A stretch of DNA of 64,000 bases, from IMG/VR virus record IMGVR_UViG_3300031857_000054, positions 43,018 to 107,017 of that record; one strand, given 5' to 3'. The DNA is from a virus. This document shows positions 54,221-63,930 of this stretch, piece by piece (position 1 is the first letter of the stretch; each line of letters opens with the position of its first letter). Below the pieces are notes generated by a model. The model worked only from the letters and a program-made list of their open reading frames with translations, did no database searches and was not told the origin of the DNA. A program made the position numbers and the translations under genes.

Positions 54221-57200
54221 ATGTCTTGTATTGCTAAAATAAAATCACCTGTAAGTGGTAAGTCTATAAATAGTCCTGCGTACTATCAACTAACTTCTTT
54301 CTTTTCTCAAGCAGAGGGAAAGAAGGTATATGAGGCTATGACCACAGATACCTTCAAGGCCAACTTTGGCTTTGATTGGACTAAACCACATATCGGTGCT
54401 AGCACACGGGTAAACTACGCAGGTGAGCCTAAGATTCGTGAGATTAACCAACACCTTAAGTTGGGGATGTCCGAAGAAGAACTACAAGCAGCAGAACAGA
54501 TTGAAGAGATTGGAGTACTTGGTTATTTGGGAGAAACGTTTAGTTCTCCTAAAGCACTTGAGAACATAGGACTAGAGATTCAGTTAAATCCTAAGTTTGA
54601 CATGATTAACTATGAAGTCATTTCTGTAGGAAACAGATTCCAGTTGTCAGTTAAACCTAAAGTAGGAGAGAAAAAACAGTATCCAATAAGTAGAGAGATT
54701 CTTGAGAAGTTTAAGTTTCCTCAGTTTGTTATTGACTCAGTACAGGATTTTAACAACGCAACATTTAAAGAGTTAATAGATAACCTAGCTAGTAACTCAG
54801 AGTTAGAACCTTTCCAACAAGAGATACTTAAGAAGCTGTCTCCCTTGATGTCAAAGAATCCTACACTGAAGTTAGCGTTGTTTGATGACCTCAATGTAAC
54901 TGACGAGTATCAGCGTTCGTTCTACGACCCCAAGACAAACACAGTATACATTGCAAAATCAACTTACACTCCTACTGATAATAAGTTCTTGGCTAGAGAG
55001 ATTATCCACGAAGCAGTACATGCTTTTACAATCTCTATCCTAAATAATCCAAGAAACGCACAAGAGGTACAGTTTGTACAGGAGATGGAACAGTACTTTC
55101 AAAAGTACAGAAACATGAATCCTGAGTTACAAAGCTACTATGGTCTTAAGAACGTAGAGGAGTTTGTATCTGAGTTCCTGTCTAATCCTTACTTCAGAGA
55201 GCAACTACAAGTAGCAGAGGCGCAAAAAGAGGCATCTGCAGGAATCATAGAACGGATGTGGAATAGCATCAAAGGATTCCTTAACAGATACATCTTTGGA
55301 GACATGGGTTCTACCATGTTTGACCAAGTGCAGGAAACCCTAGATGACTACTTTGATTACTTGATGACACTACAGGATTATCCAGAAAGTCCAGCAGAAC
55401 ATCAAGTTAGGTTTAGTCAGCCTTTTCAGAACAGAGAACAGAAGCCAACAATCTATAGTAAGTTAACTGACTTCTACGAATACATTGATAGTAACGTAGA
55501 TAGTACAATTTGGAATCAGTTGAGTCAGAACCTTACTGACATTGGTGGTAAAGAAACAATTGAACTGAGAGCAATCAGTCGTCTTCAAGATACCTTTGGT
55601 AAAATCTCTACATCGGATATTACAGGAAGTTTAATTGCGTCTGGACAGTTTGCAGTTGAGTTAAGACAGTTTACAGCTAAGTTAGAAGAGGATTTAGAAA
55701 TCTTAACTAGAGCTACGTCATACTATAGGCCTGATGTACTCCTTAAGAAGTACAATAGTGCTATTGCAATTGCACAGAGTATTAGAGAACAGATTGAGGG
55801 CTTCCAAAATAACCTAGTAGACCAATTAACTTTTGCTACTTTCTCAGACTACGAAGCTAAGCAACTTAGAGACGTAGCTCAGAAACGATTAGATCTACAG
55901 AAAGAAGTAGCAAATATCGAAGACTATCGGAAGATTATTGAGGATGAGTTAAAAAAATCTAAAGCAGCTGTAGATGCAATTGAAGATAGAGCTAGGCGTG
56001 CCATGCTTGATCCAGTAGCAGAAGTAGCTTCTCGTTTATTTATTAAGATTGCTGAGGACATGAAGAGTCCTGAGCATCCTCTTAGAAAAGAGTTAGCAGA
56101 ATTGCTAGAGAAAAAAGCATACTACGAAAAGGTTGGTAATAAGAAACTACTACTTGACGTTGATAAACAAATCGTAGATGTAAAAAAAGCACTAGCATTT
56201 GCACCTACTCCTGAAAACATTAGAGCCTTATTAAACTCTTCTATGGACCAAGCAATGGCCAATGAAAACATGTTTACTAGGTATCTAAATGTAGGTGGTT
56301 TTTCAGGTGTACCTATTGTAGACATTGTAAATGCTTTTATAAATGCGCATACCACAGATGCAACTAACGATAACTTAGAAAAAGATGCTAAGATTAGAGA
56401 GATAGAAGAACGTATAGCTGCAAGAAATCGTAAGAAAGGGATTGGTAGGAATGTTCTGCAAAGTGTAAAAGGACAATTTACTGTTAAAACTTCTAGCCTT
56501 AAGGACAAGTTTGAAGGATTCTTTAGAGTAGTTCCTATAAAGTATTATGATAAGAAAGGCAATGTCAAAATAGTTACTCAGAAAGTATACAACACTCCTA
56601 TGAAGGAGGCTGAGTTTCAAAATGACTTAGGAGATTTGCAACATGCTTTGTATAAAGCACGTAGAACTGGAGAAGTTGATAAGATTGAAGCAGCTGAAAA
56701 AGCGTTAAAAACATTTTTAGATGACTACTCACAGACTCAGTTTACAAATGACTACTATGAGGCAGAGAAATTATTAAGTGATGATGCTAGAGAAGCACGT
56801 CAAGAGTTACTTAATGAGATAGAAAATTATAGTAGTGTCTTTGGGGATGAGGATTTGGATGTACTTAGGACTAACTCTGTTAGAGGTTCTAAGTCAGAGA
56901 ACGATCCTACCATGCGAGAAATAAGAGCAGCTAAGCGTAGGGCTTATGTGAGATTAGGTTCTATCTATAACGAAGATGGTACTGAAAAACCTATTGGAAG
57001 TAAAGAACGTGATATAGCTGAGTCTATTATTGCTTACAACAAAGCACGTAAGGAGTTAGATGTTGTTGAATTTGTTATTGGAGAAGAGACTCTAAACAAA
57101 TTTAATCAGATTAAAGACCAATTTGTTAGAAGGATATCTGAACTTAAATCTCAGGTTAGCAGTTTACAAGATACACTAGATGCTGCTATAATCGCTAACG

Positions 57201-60200
57201 ACTTATCTCAGGCTGAAGCAATTCAGAGTCTTATATTTAACAAAAAACTAGAGTTAGAAGCTGAAATTAAAAAGCAATCAGACTGGCTTGATGCAAATAG
57301 CAGAGTTGAGATTTTACCTGAGTTCTTTGAAAAGCAGCAAAACTTAAGTGACCAGATTAAAAACATCCTTCTTAAGTACGGAGAGAATCCAGAAGTTACT
57401 GAGAAGTATCAAAGATTATTTAGCGCAGTTAAAGGTTTCAGAGACCAAGACGGGACTATACAAGGTAGTCTAGTTGCAGAAGGACTGACTAAGACTATCA
57501 AGGATATTGAACAGTCTATTGAGGATTTAAAGAAACAGATTAAGAAAGACAGTAACATATCTGATGCAGATCAAAATGCTTTAAAGGCTTTGTTTAGTGA
57601 ACTCTATAATCTGCAGTCAAAAGTAAATACTCCGTACTACACAGAGACAGTAGAGACAATTAAACATAAACTAGAGGCAGATTTAACTGGTGAACAGAAG
57701 ACAGACATATTCAACCAGGCTAATAAAGAAGCTGATGCATTTATGTCTAATGGAAACTTACTTACTTTAAATCAACTTAGGTTGTTAAGTAGTGAGAACT
57801 TTCAACCTGATGAATACTTTGTAGGTAGAAACGCAGAAGACTTTGAAACCCAAGAAAGTGATAAAGAAGCAATAGTGTCTATGTTCAAGGAGATACTTGT
57901 TAGAAAGTATTTGAATGAACAATTAAGAGAAACAGATTGGTATAAGAATAACCACGTTGCTATTACCTACGAGGTTAAGACAGGAAACATGCTTGTGTTT
58001 CCTGACGGTTCGTCTAGGCCAGAGATGAGAGAGGTTACAGAGATGCGACCTATTTACATTTGGAGAAAGACTATCCCCAACAACCAGAAGTATATTAAAA
58101 GAGATAGCCCTAGCTTCGACTGGGCTACTCCTAGAATACGTACCGAGTATAAAAATCCTAACTATAAATTCTTAGGACAAGCACGCCCCCGTACTGATGC
58201 TAAAGACAACAAGTATGTTAACGAAGAGTACACTAAACTAAGTGACGAAGAAAAAGGTATCATGAATGATATCCTTGCAATCTATGAAGATGACCAGCGC
58301 TCTATGCCAGTGTCTCAGAGATTGAAAGGGTATGTAATGCCTAACGTATCTAAAGAAAGTAAAGAAGAGACAGTTGATTACTTCAGACCTTTATATAAAT
58401 TGTATAGCGCCATTAAGTCTTTAAAGGTAGCATTCAAAGAAAACGTTGTAGGGCAAGGAGATGAAGAAATAGAAGTAGACATTAGAGAAGCCCAAAAGAA
58501 AATTAGTAGAAAGACTAATGTACGTTTGATTAAGACAAGGTTCAAAGAGCCACTATCTGAGGGAGCATCTACTGATAATATCTTAGGTGCATTGCATGCA
58601 TACTCAATGTATGCTGCTGAGTTCAAAGGATTACAGAAAGCATTACCTACAGTTTTTGCTATTAGAGATACTTACGCTGCTAAAGGAAAAGAAGCCCGCG
58701 CAAAAAATCCTCAAGACGCTGCAACTGTTTGGCAGAAATTTAAAAGATCTTCTGGCAAGTTAGTAGACTCAGTAGTAGGAGCAGACGAAAGTCAGAAAGA
58801 ACTTATCCTTACTCAGATAGATGACCAGATTGCTAGATTTTTCTATGGTGCTTCTCTCAAAACAGGAAACAATGCAGTAAGTAGAGTGATTGATCGTTTG
58901 GTTAACCACATGACTAATACATTCCAAAAGTATGTGTTAAAGTGGAATCCTATGCGTGTAGTTAAAAACATAACTAGTAACATACTTAATGCCGTAGGAA
59001 ACACTTCTAAGTTTGGTTTAAGTAAAAAAGATATGTTGGCAGGTGTAGCAAAAGCTGCTTACCATAGAGCTGAGATTATAGGACTAGAGCAAGGCATGAC
59101 TAAAATGACTCCTTACGTTGCCAAGTTAATCTATTTTCGAGCCATCCCTCTTGCTGACCCTACTGATTTATACCGTACAATTAACTCAGGATTTGTAACA
59201 CGCTACTTAAACGGAGATAACTATAATGCTCAAATCTTTTCTTCTAATGAGGCTATATCTACAATGGGTATCTATGAAGCGTTTATGGCAAAGACGTATG
59301 TACCATTTGAAGGTCCTAACGCAGCGCCTGGAACAAAGATTAAACTTCAAGATGCTTATGACTATATAGACGGTAAGTTAGTTCCTAAGGAAGGAGTATT
59401 TGGAATTAATCGCAGTAAACTGAATGAGTTAGTTGCTGAACGAAATGACTTTATTATTTCATACTTGCAAACTAATGGAGTTGACAACTACGACAAACTT
59501 TCTACAGTAAAAAAGGTTGAGTTAGGAAAACAACTTGCAGCTAAGTTTGACACTAGAATTAAAGCTGAAGAAGCATTTATCTCTAGTAGAGTTGACAAGT
59601 TAAAAGAAGTAGAACGTGAGATGAGAGATAAAATTTTCCAACTTTATACTGCAACTCAAGGTAACTACACGAGACGTGGTAGGTCCTACTACCAAAGTGT
59701 AGTGTGGTTAAAAGCACTCATGTCGATGAAAGCTTGGTTATTCCCACAAGCAAGCAATATGTATGGTGGTAAAAAGTTTTCTATAACTACAGGTAGAATG
59801 GATCAGGGTATGTACTCTACATTCTTAGGTGCTGTTCGTAGAAAAGCTTTGGGGGTAAGAAGGCAAGGTATGAGTTTGGCTATGGACTATCAGTTTACTG
59901 AAAGAGAAAAGGAAGCTACTCAACGTGTAGGTTGGAACATGGCCAATGCAAGTGTAATGTACTTACTAAGTTACTATATAGTAAACTCAGCTATGCAGGC
60001 TCTTAGAGGAGCAGGTGAAGATGACGATTACAGTGATTGGGCACAGTACTTGATTGCTCAATTAGCACTGGGTATGTTTGATGAAAACGCAGGTTCATTG
60101 AATCCAGTATTTGCACCAGCTATCCAATACAATAAATTTAAAACAGACCCACTTAAGAAACCTTATGAAGAGAAAGGAGTAGCAGGTAGAATCTTAAGTA

Positions 60201-61120
60201 TGGCTTATGTTGCAACATTTGGACAACAGATTGTAACTATAGATAAGATTTTAGATGGCTATGGTCTTTTAGGTGAAGCTGTTGCAAGTATTCCAGGACG
60301 TACTAAAAAGTGGTATGAACGTGGTGCAAGCTTAGGTGATGTTGGAGAAATATTTGATGAACCATACTACGAGATGAGTAGTGATGGCAGTGGATATAGA
60401 TTGGCGAACCCCGCTATACCTTTTAACACAGGCCGAAGTAAGTTTGCAGTAGGATTTAGTAAAGTTATTGGTATGGAAGTAGGTGTTAAGTCTATGGGTA
60501 ATACAGGTTATAGACTTGCACAACAAGTTAAGTTTACTCCTGTTCCTGGAGTTACTAATCCATATGGTAGACTTAACGAGATTAACAGTAGGATGGATGA
60601 TATTTGGGATAGGTGGAGACTTAAGAGTACTGAAGACATCAAAGCTATTGATGATGCCGTTACAAGTGAGACAGATCCAACAACAGGAAAAACAAAGATT
60701 GTAGTAGACGAACAAGCAATTAAAAACATCGGTGGTTTAACTACTATGTCTAAAGAAGACAGAGCAAAGTTTGTAGTAGAGTATGTGAAACTAGCTCAAG
60801 AAAAAGATGCTCTACTTGATCCAAAAACAGGCTATTCTTTCTTAAGGTCATACGAAGAAAACCTACGTGTGTCTCAACAGTTGGGTCAAAAAGAAGCTGC
60901 GCAGAGAGATAAGTTTCTGAAGAAAGTAACAGGATACAAGAAACCTAAATTTGAAATAGGTCCTAAAGGAAAAGAAGTGTTAAAAGAAGCAAGTCAATAC
61001 AGAAAAATGCTTAAGGAAGAGTTAAACAACAACACAAGTTACTATGACTCAATTTACAATGCTAGTCCTGAGGATAGGGAATTGATGGACGAGATAGATA
61101 GAAATCTACCACCTGAATAA
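54221..61120 (+). CDS. Giant virion ejection protein with zincin metallopeptidase domain
   Basis: 2299 aa. FYDPKTNTVYI..IIHEAVH (55007-55021)..EEFVSEFLSNPYF. Long coiled coils. Confidence 0.82.
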   Translation: MSCIAKIKSPVSGKSINSPAYYQLTSFFSQAEGKKVYEAMTTDTFKANFGFDWTKPHIGASTRVNYAGEPKIREINQHLKLGMSEEELQAAEQIEEIGVLGYLGETFSSPKALENIGLEIQLNPKFDMINYEVISVGNRFQLSVKPKVGEKKQYPISREILEKFKFPQFVIDSVQDFNNATFKELIDNLASNSELEPFQQEILKKLSPLMSKNPTLKLALFDDLNVTDEYQRSFYDPKTNTVYIAKSTYTPTDNKFLAREIIHEAVHAFTISILNNPRNAQEVQFVQEMEQYFQKYRNMNPELQSYYGLKNVEEFVSEFLSNPYFREQLQVAEAQKEASAGIIERMWNSIKGFLNRYIFGDMGSTMFDQVQETLDDYFDYLMTLQDYPESPAEHQVRFSQPFQNREQKPTIYSKLTDFYEYIDSNVDSTIWNQLSQNLTDIGGKETIELRAISRLQDTFGKISTSDITGSLIASGQFAVELRQFTAKLEEDLEILTRATSYYRPDVLLKKYNSAIAIAQSIREQIEGFQNNLVDQLTFATFSDYEAKQLRDVAQKRLDLQKEVANIEDYRKIIEDELKKSKAAVDAIEDRARRAMLDPVAEVASRLFIKIAEDMKSPEHPLRKELAELLEKKAYYEKVGNKKLLLDVDKQIVDVKKALAFAPTPENIRALLNSSMDQAMANENMFTRYLNVGGFSGVPIVDIVNAFINAHTTDATNDNLEKDAKIREIEERIAARNRKKGIGRNVLQSVKGQFTVKTSSLKDKFEGFFRVVPIKYYDKKGNVKIVTQKVYNTPMKEAEFQNDLGDLQHALYKARRTGEVDKIEAAEKALKTFLDDYSQTQFTNDYYEAEKLLSDDAREARQELLNEIENYSSVFGDEDLDVLRTNSVRGSKSENDPTMREIRAAKRRAYVRLGSIYNEDGTEKPIGSKERDIAESIIAYNKARKELDVVEFVIGEETLNKFNQIKDQFVRRISELKSQVSSLQDTLDAAIIANDLSQAEAIQSLIFNKKLELEAEIKKQSDWLDANSRVEILPEFFEKQQNLSDQIKNILLKYGENPEVTEKYQRLFSAVKGFRDQDGTIQGSLVAEGLTKTIKDIEQSIEDLKKQIKKDSNISDADQNALKALFSELYNLQSKVNTPYYTETVETIKHKLEADLTGEQKTDIFNQANKEADAFMSNGNLLTLNQLRLLSSENFQPDEYFVGRNAEDFETQESDKEAIVSMFKEILVRKYLNEQLRETDWYKNNHVAITYEVKTGNMLVFPDGSSRPEMREVTEMRPIYIWRKTIPNNQKYIKRDSPSFDWATPRIRTEYKNPNYKFLGQARPRTDAKDNKYVNEEYTKLSDEEKGIMNDILAIYEDDQRSMPVSQRLKGYVMPNVSKESKEETVDYFRPLYKLYSAIKSLKVAFKENVVGQGDEEIEVDIREAQKKISRKTNVRLIKTRFKEPLSEGASTDNILGALHAYSMYAAEFKGLQKALPTVFAIRDTYAAKGKEARAKNPQDAATVWQKFKRSSGKLVDSVVGADESQKELILTQIDDQIARFFYGASLKTGNNAVSRVIDRLVNHMTNTFQKYVLKWNPMRVVKNITSNILNAVGNTSKFGLSKKDMLAGVAKAAYHRAEIIGLEQGMTKMTPYVAKLIYFRAIPLADPTDLYRTINSGFVTRYLNGDNYNAQIFSSNEAISTMGIYEAFMAKTYVPFEGPNAAPGTKIKLQDAYDYIDGKLVPKEGVFGINRSKLNELVAERNDFIISYLQTNGVDNYDKLSTVKKVELGKQLAAKFDTRIKAEEAFISSRVDKLKEVEREMRDKIFQLYTATQGNYTRRGRSYYQSVVWLKALMSMKAWLFPQASNMYGGKKFSITTGRMDQGMYSTFLGAVRRKALGVRRQGMSLAMDYQFTEREKEATQRVGWNMANASVMYLLSYYIVNSAMQALRGAGEDDDYSDWAQYLIAQLALGMFDENAGSLNPVFAPAIQYNKFKTDPLKKPYEEKGVAGRILSMAYVATFGQQIVTIDKILDGYGLLGEAVASIPGRTKKWYERGASLGDVGEIFDEPYYEMSSDGSGYRLANPAIPFNTGRSKFAVGFSKVIGMEVGVKSMGNTGYRLAQQVKFTPVPGVTNPYGRLNEINSRMDDIWDRWRLKSTEDIKAIDDAVTSETDPTTGKTKIVVDEQAIKNIGGLTTMSKEDRAKFVVEYVKLAQEKDALLDPKTGYSFLRSYEENLRVSQQLGQKEAAQRDKFLKKVTGYKKPKFEIGPKGKEVLKEASQYRKMLKEELNNNTSYYDSIYNASPEDRELMDEIDRNLPPE

Positions 61121-61125
61121 ATGAC

Positions 61126-61155
61126 TTGACAAAACTAGAATTAAAAGTAACTTTG
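61126..61155 (+). promoter_or_regulatory. Bacteroidota promoter
   Basis: TTG (61126-28), 19 nt, TAACTTTG (61148-55). Confidence 0.8.
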
Positions 61156-61193
61156 TAATACGAGCCACAAGGCTGGGATAAAACCGATATACT

Positions 61194-61505
61194 ATGAGCG
61201 TAAATGCAGAACAACTATTTAATGAGCAGTCTAAAAAGTTAAGACAGATTGCCGCAAGTACAGGTCTAATGGCAGGAGCTGGAGGCTTTGTACGTTACTC
61301 AACAGGAACTGTAAACGATGTACAGTTTACTGCAATTGTACCACAAGAAGACACAGTCTTTACTTCATTTAAAGTTAATGGAGTAGAACGCTTAACTGCT
61401 AATGGTATGAGTGGAGTTACGTTTAAGCAGTTTGCTTACCTTCCAGGTGGCGGAATTATTACAGGATTTGCTATCTCCTCAGGTAGTATAATTGCTTATA
61501 AGTAA
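61194..61505 (+). CDS. Small beta-rich protein, probably structural
   Basis: 103 aa ending ITGFAISSGSIIAYK, coupled to the next gene. Confidence 0.6.
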   Translation: MSVNAEQLFNEQSKKLRQIAASTGLMAGAGGFVRYSTGTVNDVQFTAIVPQEDTVFTSFKVNGVERLTANGMSGVTFKQFAYLPGGGIITGFAISSGSIIAYK

Positions 61506-63133
61506 TGATTGGGATTGGTATAGGGGTAGTAGGAGGTGGTATAGTAAATCAACTTCCTTTTAGATTTACAGTAAATACGAACAATACCTCAGCAGGTAGT
61601 AGTACAAGTACGCAGTTTAGAATGCCCCTTACTACTTCTACAGGATTAAATATGCGAGTAGATTGGGGGGACGGAACTGTAGAAACAATTGCAAATCATA
61701 CGTTAGCCATTCACACTTATGCAAGTGTAGGTACTTACACTATAAGTGTTACGGGTTCTATTTTAGGATGGCAGTTTAATAATGGAGGAGATAGATTAAA
61801 AATACTTGATATTATCAATTGGGGTAGTTTAAATATTAGTGTTGATGCGGGATTTGCGGGTTGTACAAATTTAACCGCAAGTGCAACAGATGCTCCTACT
61901 ATTACAACTACAAGTTTGGCTACTTATTTTAGAAGTTGTAACAACTTTAATTCGGCAATCGGCTCTTGGAACGTATCAAATGTTCTTAATTTTCATGAAA
62001 TGTTTTATATAAGCGGATTTAACAATGGAAATTCTGCGGATATAAATAATTGGACTATCAGAACAACGGGGTCGGTTTCAATGTCTCAAATGTTTAGACA
62101 ATGCCCATTTAATCAACCAATTGATAATTGGAATACGAGTGCAGTTACTACTATGAACAATATGTTTCACGAAAATAGTTTTAATAGAGACATTAGCAAT
62201 TGGAATGTAGGAAACGTAACAACTATGAATAGGATGTTTTTTGGCAACTATTTTTTCAATCAAGATATTGGTTCTTGGAATACGGGTGCAGTTACTAATA
62301 TGGGAGAAATGTTTCAAAATGCGTCTTCATTTAATCAAAATATTGGAGCATGGAACGTGTCTAATGTTACCAATTTTTCATCTATGTTTAATGGGGCAAC
62401 CGCATTTAATAATGGAGGCTCAGCAGATATAAATAATTGGACAATTAGAACGGCAAGTGCGGTAAGTATGGGTAGTATGTTTAGGAGTTCTTCATTCAAT
62501 CAAAACATTTCAAGTTGGAACACAAGTGCAGTCACGAATATGTCAAGCATGTTTTCATTAAATAGTGCATTCAACCAACCAATTGGCTCATGGAATACAA
62601 GTGCGGTAACTGACATGAATAATATGTTTTCCACATCCAATTTTAATCAAAACATTGGGGCATGGAACGTGTCAAACGTAACAAGTTTCACAAATATGTT
62701 TGGAGCGAATTATTCATTTAACAATGGAGGTTCCTCGGATATTAACAACTGGACAATTAAAAACACGGGTACGGTAAGTATGGCTGGTATGTTTGGAGAT
62801 AGCACATTTAATCAGCCAATAGGAAATTGGAATACAAGTGCGGTAACAAATATGTCATTAATGTTTAGGTTTAATACAACTTTTAATCAAGCTATTGGAA
62901 ATTGGAATGTATCAAATGTAACTAACTTTTCAAGTTTCATGGACGGCAAATCAGCAGCCAACTATTCCGCAGCCAATCTTAATGCCATTTACAATGGATG
63001 GAGTTCAAGATCTGTACAACCTAACTTGAGTATTAGTTTTGGAACTATTAAGTACACTGCAGAGGCTCAAGCAGGTAAAAATATTTTAGATTTTGCACCA
63101 AATAACTGGACAATAGTAGACGGAGGTATATAA
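61505..63133 (+). CDS. DUF285/BspA-type repeat protein with PKD-like domain
   Basis: VDWGDG..HTYASVGTYTI PKD motif, then about 13 repeats of FNQxIGxWNxSxVTxMxxMF. Confidence 0.88.
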   Translation: MIGIGIGVVGGGIVNQLPFRFTVNTNNTSAGSSTSTQFRMPLTTSTGLNMRVDWGDGTVETIANHTLAIHTYASVGTYTISVTGSILGWQFNNGGDRLKILDIINWGSLNISVDAGFAGCTNLTASATDAPTITTTSLATYFRSCNNFNSAIGSWNVSNVLNFHEMFYISGFNNGNSADINNWTIRTTGSVSMSQMFRQCPFNQPIDNWNTSAVTTMNNMFHENSFNRDISNWNVGNVTTMNRMFFGNYFFNQDIGSWNTGAVTNMGEMFQNASSFNQNIGAWNVSNVTNFSSMFNGATAFNNGGSADINNWTIRTASAVSMGSMFRSSSFNQNISSWNTSAVTNMSSMFSLNSAFNQPIGSWNTSAVTDMNNMFSTSNFNQNIGAWNVSNVTSFTNMFGANYSFNNGGSSDINNWTIKNTGTVSMAGMFGDSTFNQPIGNWNTSAVTNMSLMFRFNTTFNQAIGNWNVSNVTNFSSFMDGKSAANYSAANLNAIYNGWSSRSVQPNLSISFGTIKYTAEAQAGKNILDFAPNNWTIVDGGI

Positions 63134-63504
63134 TGAGCGAGATAAAATTTCCAACACAGAGAACATACTTTATCACTTATACTGATACGAGTATTTTTAA
63201 TTATGGTTATATTGATCCAGAACAGCAAATGACAAGCGGTCAACCTGAACTATACCAAACAACAGATGAGCAGGCTTGGATAGTACAATTACAAACTGTA
63301 TTTAATCTTGCTTATCCTATTTTGCCTTACGGTAAAGTATGGGGTTATCAGTATGCTACAGAACATTCAGGCCAAGAAGCACTACAAGAAATTGCAATTG
63401 AGTTTTCTAAGACTCGGTTAAACTCTTTAAGTAACTTTTGGTACATTATTTTTGAAGATGGTATGCAAACAACACTTGGTAATCCTTCTATAGTAAATCT
63501 ATAA
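63133..63504 (+). CDS. Hypothetical protein
   Basis: Translationally coupled (TAATG) to the DUF285 gene. Confidence 0.65.
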   Translation: MSEIKFPTQRTYFITYTDTSIFNYGYIDPEQQMTSGQPELYQTTDEQAWIVQLQTVFNLAYPILPYGKVWGYQYATEHSGQEALQEIAIEFSKTRLNSLSNFWYIIFEDGMQTTLGNPSIVNL

Positions 63505-63510
63505 TAACTA

Positions 63511-63930
63511 ATGAAAACATCAGCACTACTATACACAGGTACAACTCTCTTAGCTTTTTTAGGAACTTACTTCCTTAAGTTAGGAGCAGATAATATAGAA
63601 CAGTACTTAGCTGTAGTTGCTGTTGTGTTTATAGATGGATTCTTTGGGGTCTGGGCAGGAACTAAGATGGAAGGTTTTAAGACGCATAAGGCTCTTAGCG
63701 TGCTTAAAACTTTAATGGTGTGGGTATTTATGCTTACAGGTATTTTAATGATTGAGAAGGGCTTTGAGGGCACTTTCTGGTTAAGTGAGACTATCTGTGC
63801 TCCCTTCATTCTCTTTCAGCTTATAAGTGCACTCAAGAACGCAGCCAGAGCAGGCTTGATAAAGAATGAGTTACTGCAGTTAATCTTAGATAAAATAGAC
63901 CAACACAAAGTAAATGAAAAACAAAATTGA
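63511..63930 (+). CDS. Phage holin family protein
   Basis: Three to four hydrophobic segments. IDGFFGVW and QLISALKNA match the D..TG / E..SI.EN holin pattern. Confidence 0.75.
   Translation: MKTSALLYTGTTLLAFLGTYFLKLGADNIEQYLAVVAVVFIDGFFGVWAGTKMEGFKTHKALSVLKTLMVWVFMLTGILMIEKGFEGTFWLSETICAPFILFQLISALKNAARAGLIKNELLQLILDKIDQHKVNEKQN

Noticed and set aside
61940-62940. CRISPR array or DGR template/variable repeat
   Set aside because: The repeats are in-frame degenerate protein repeats without unique spacers. I saw no adenine-specific repeat pair and no reverse transcriptase in the window.
169-63809. Minus-strand ORFs in the track (e.g. 15791..16528, 4428..4865, 13919..14293)
   Set aside because: They lie antisense to well-supported + strand genes and mirror their codon bias or low complexity. 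No recognisable motifs.
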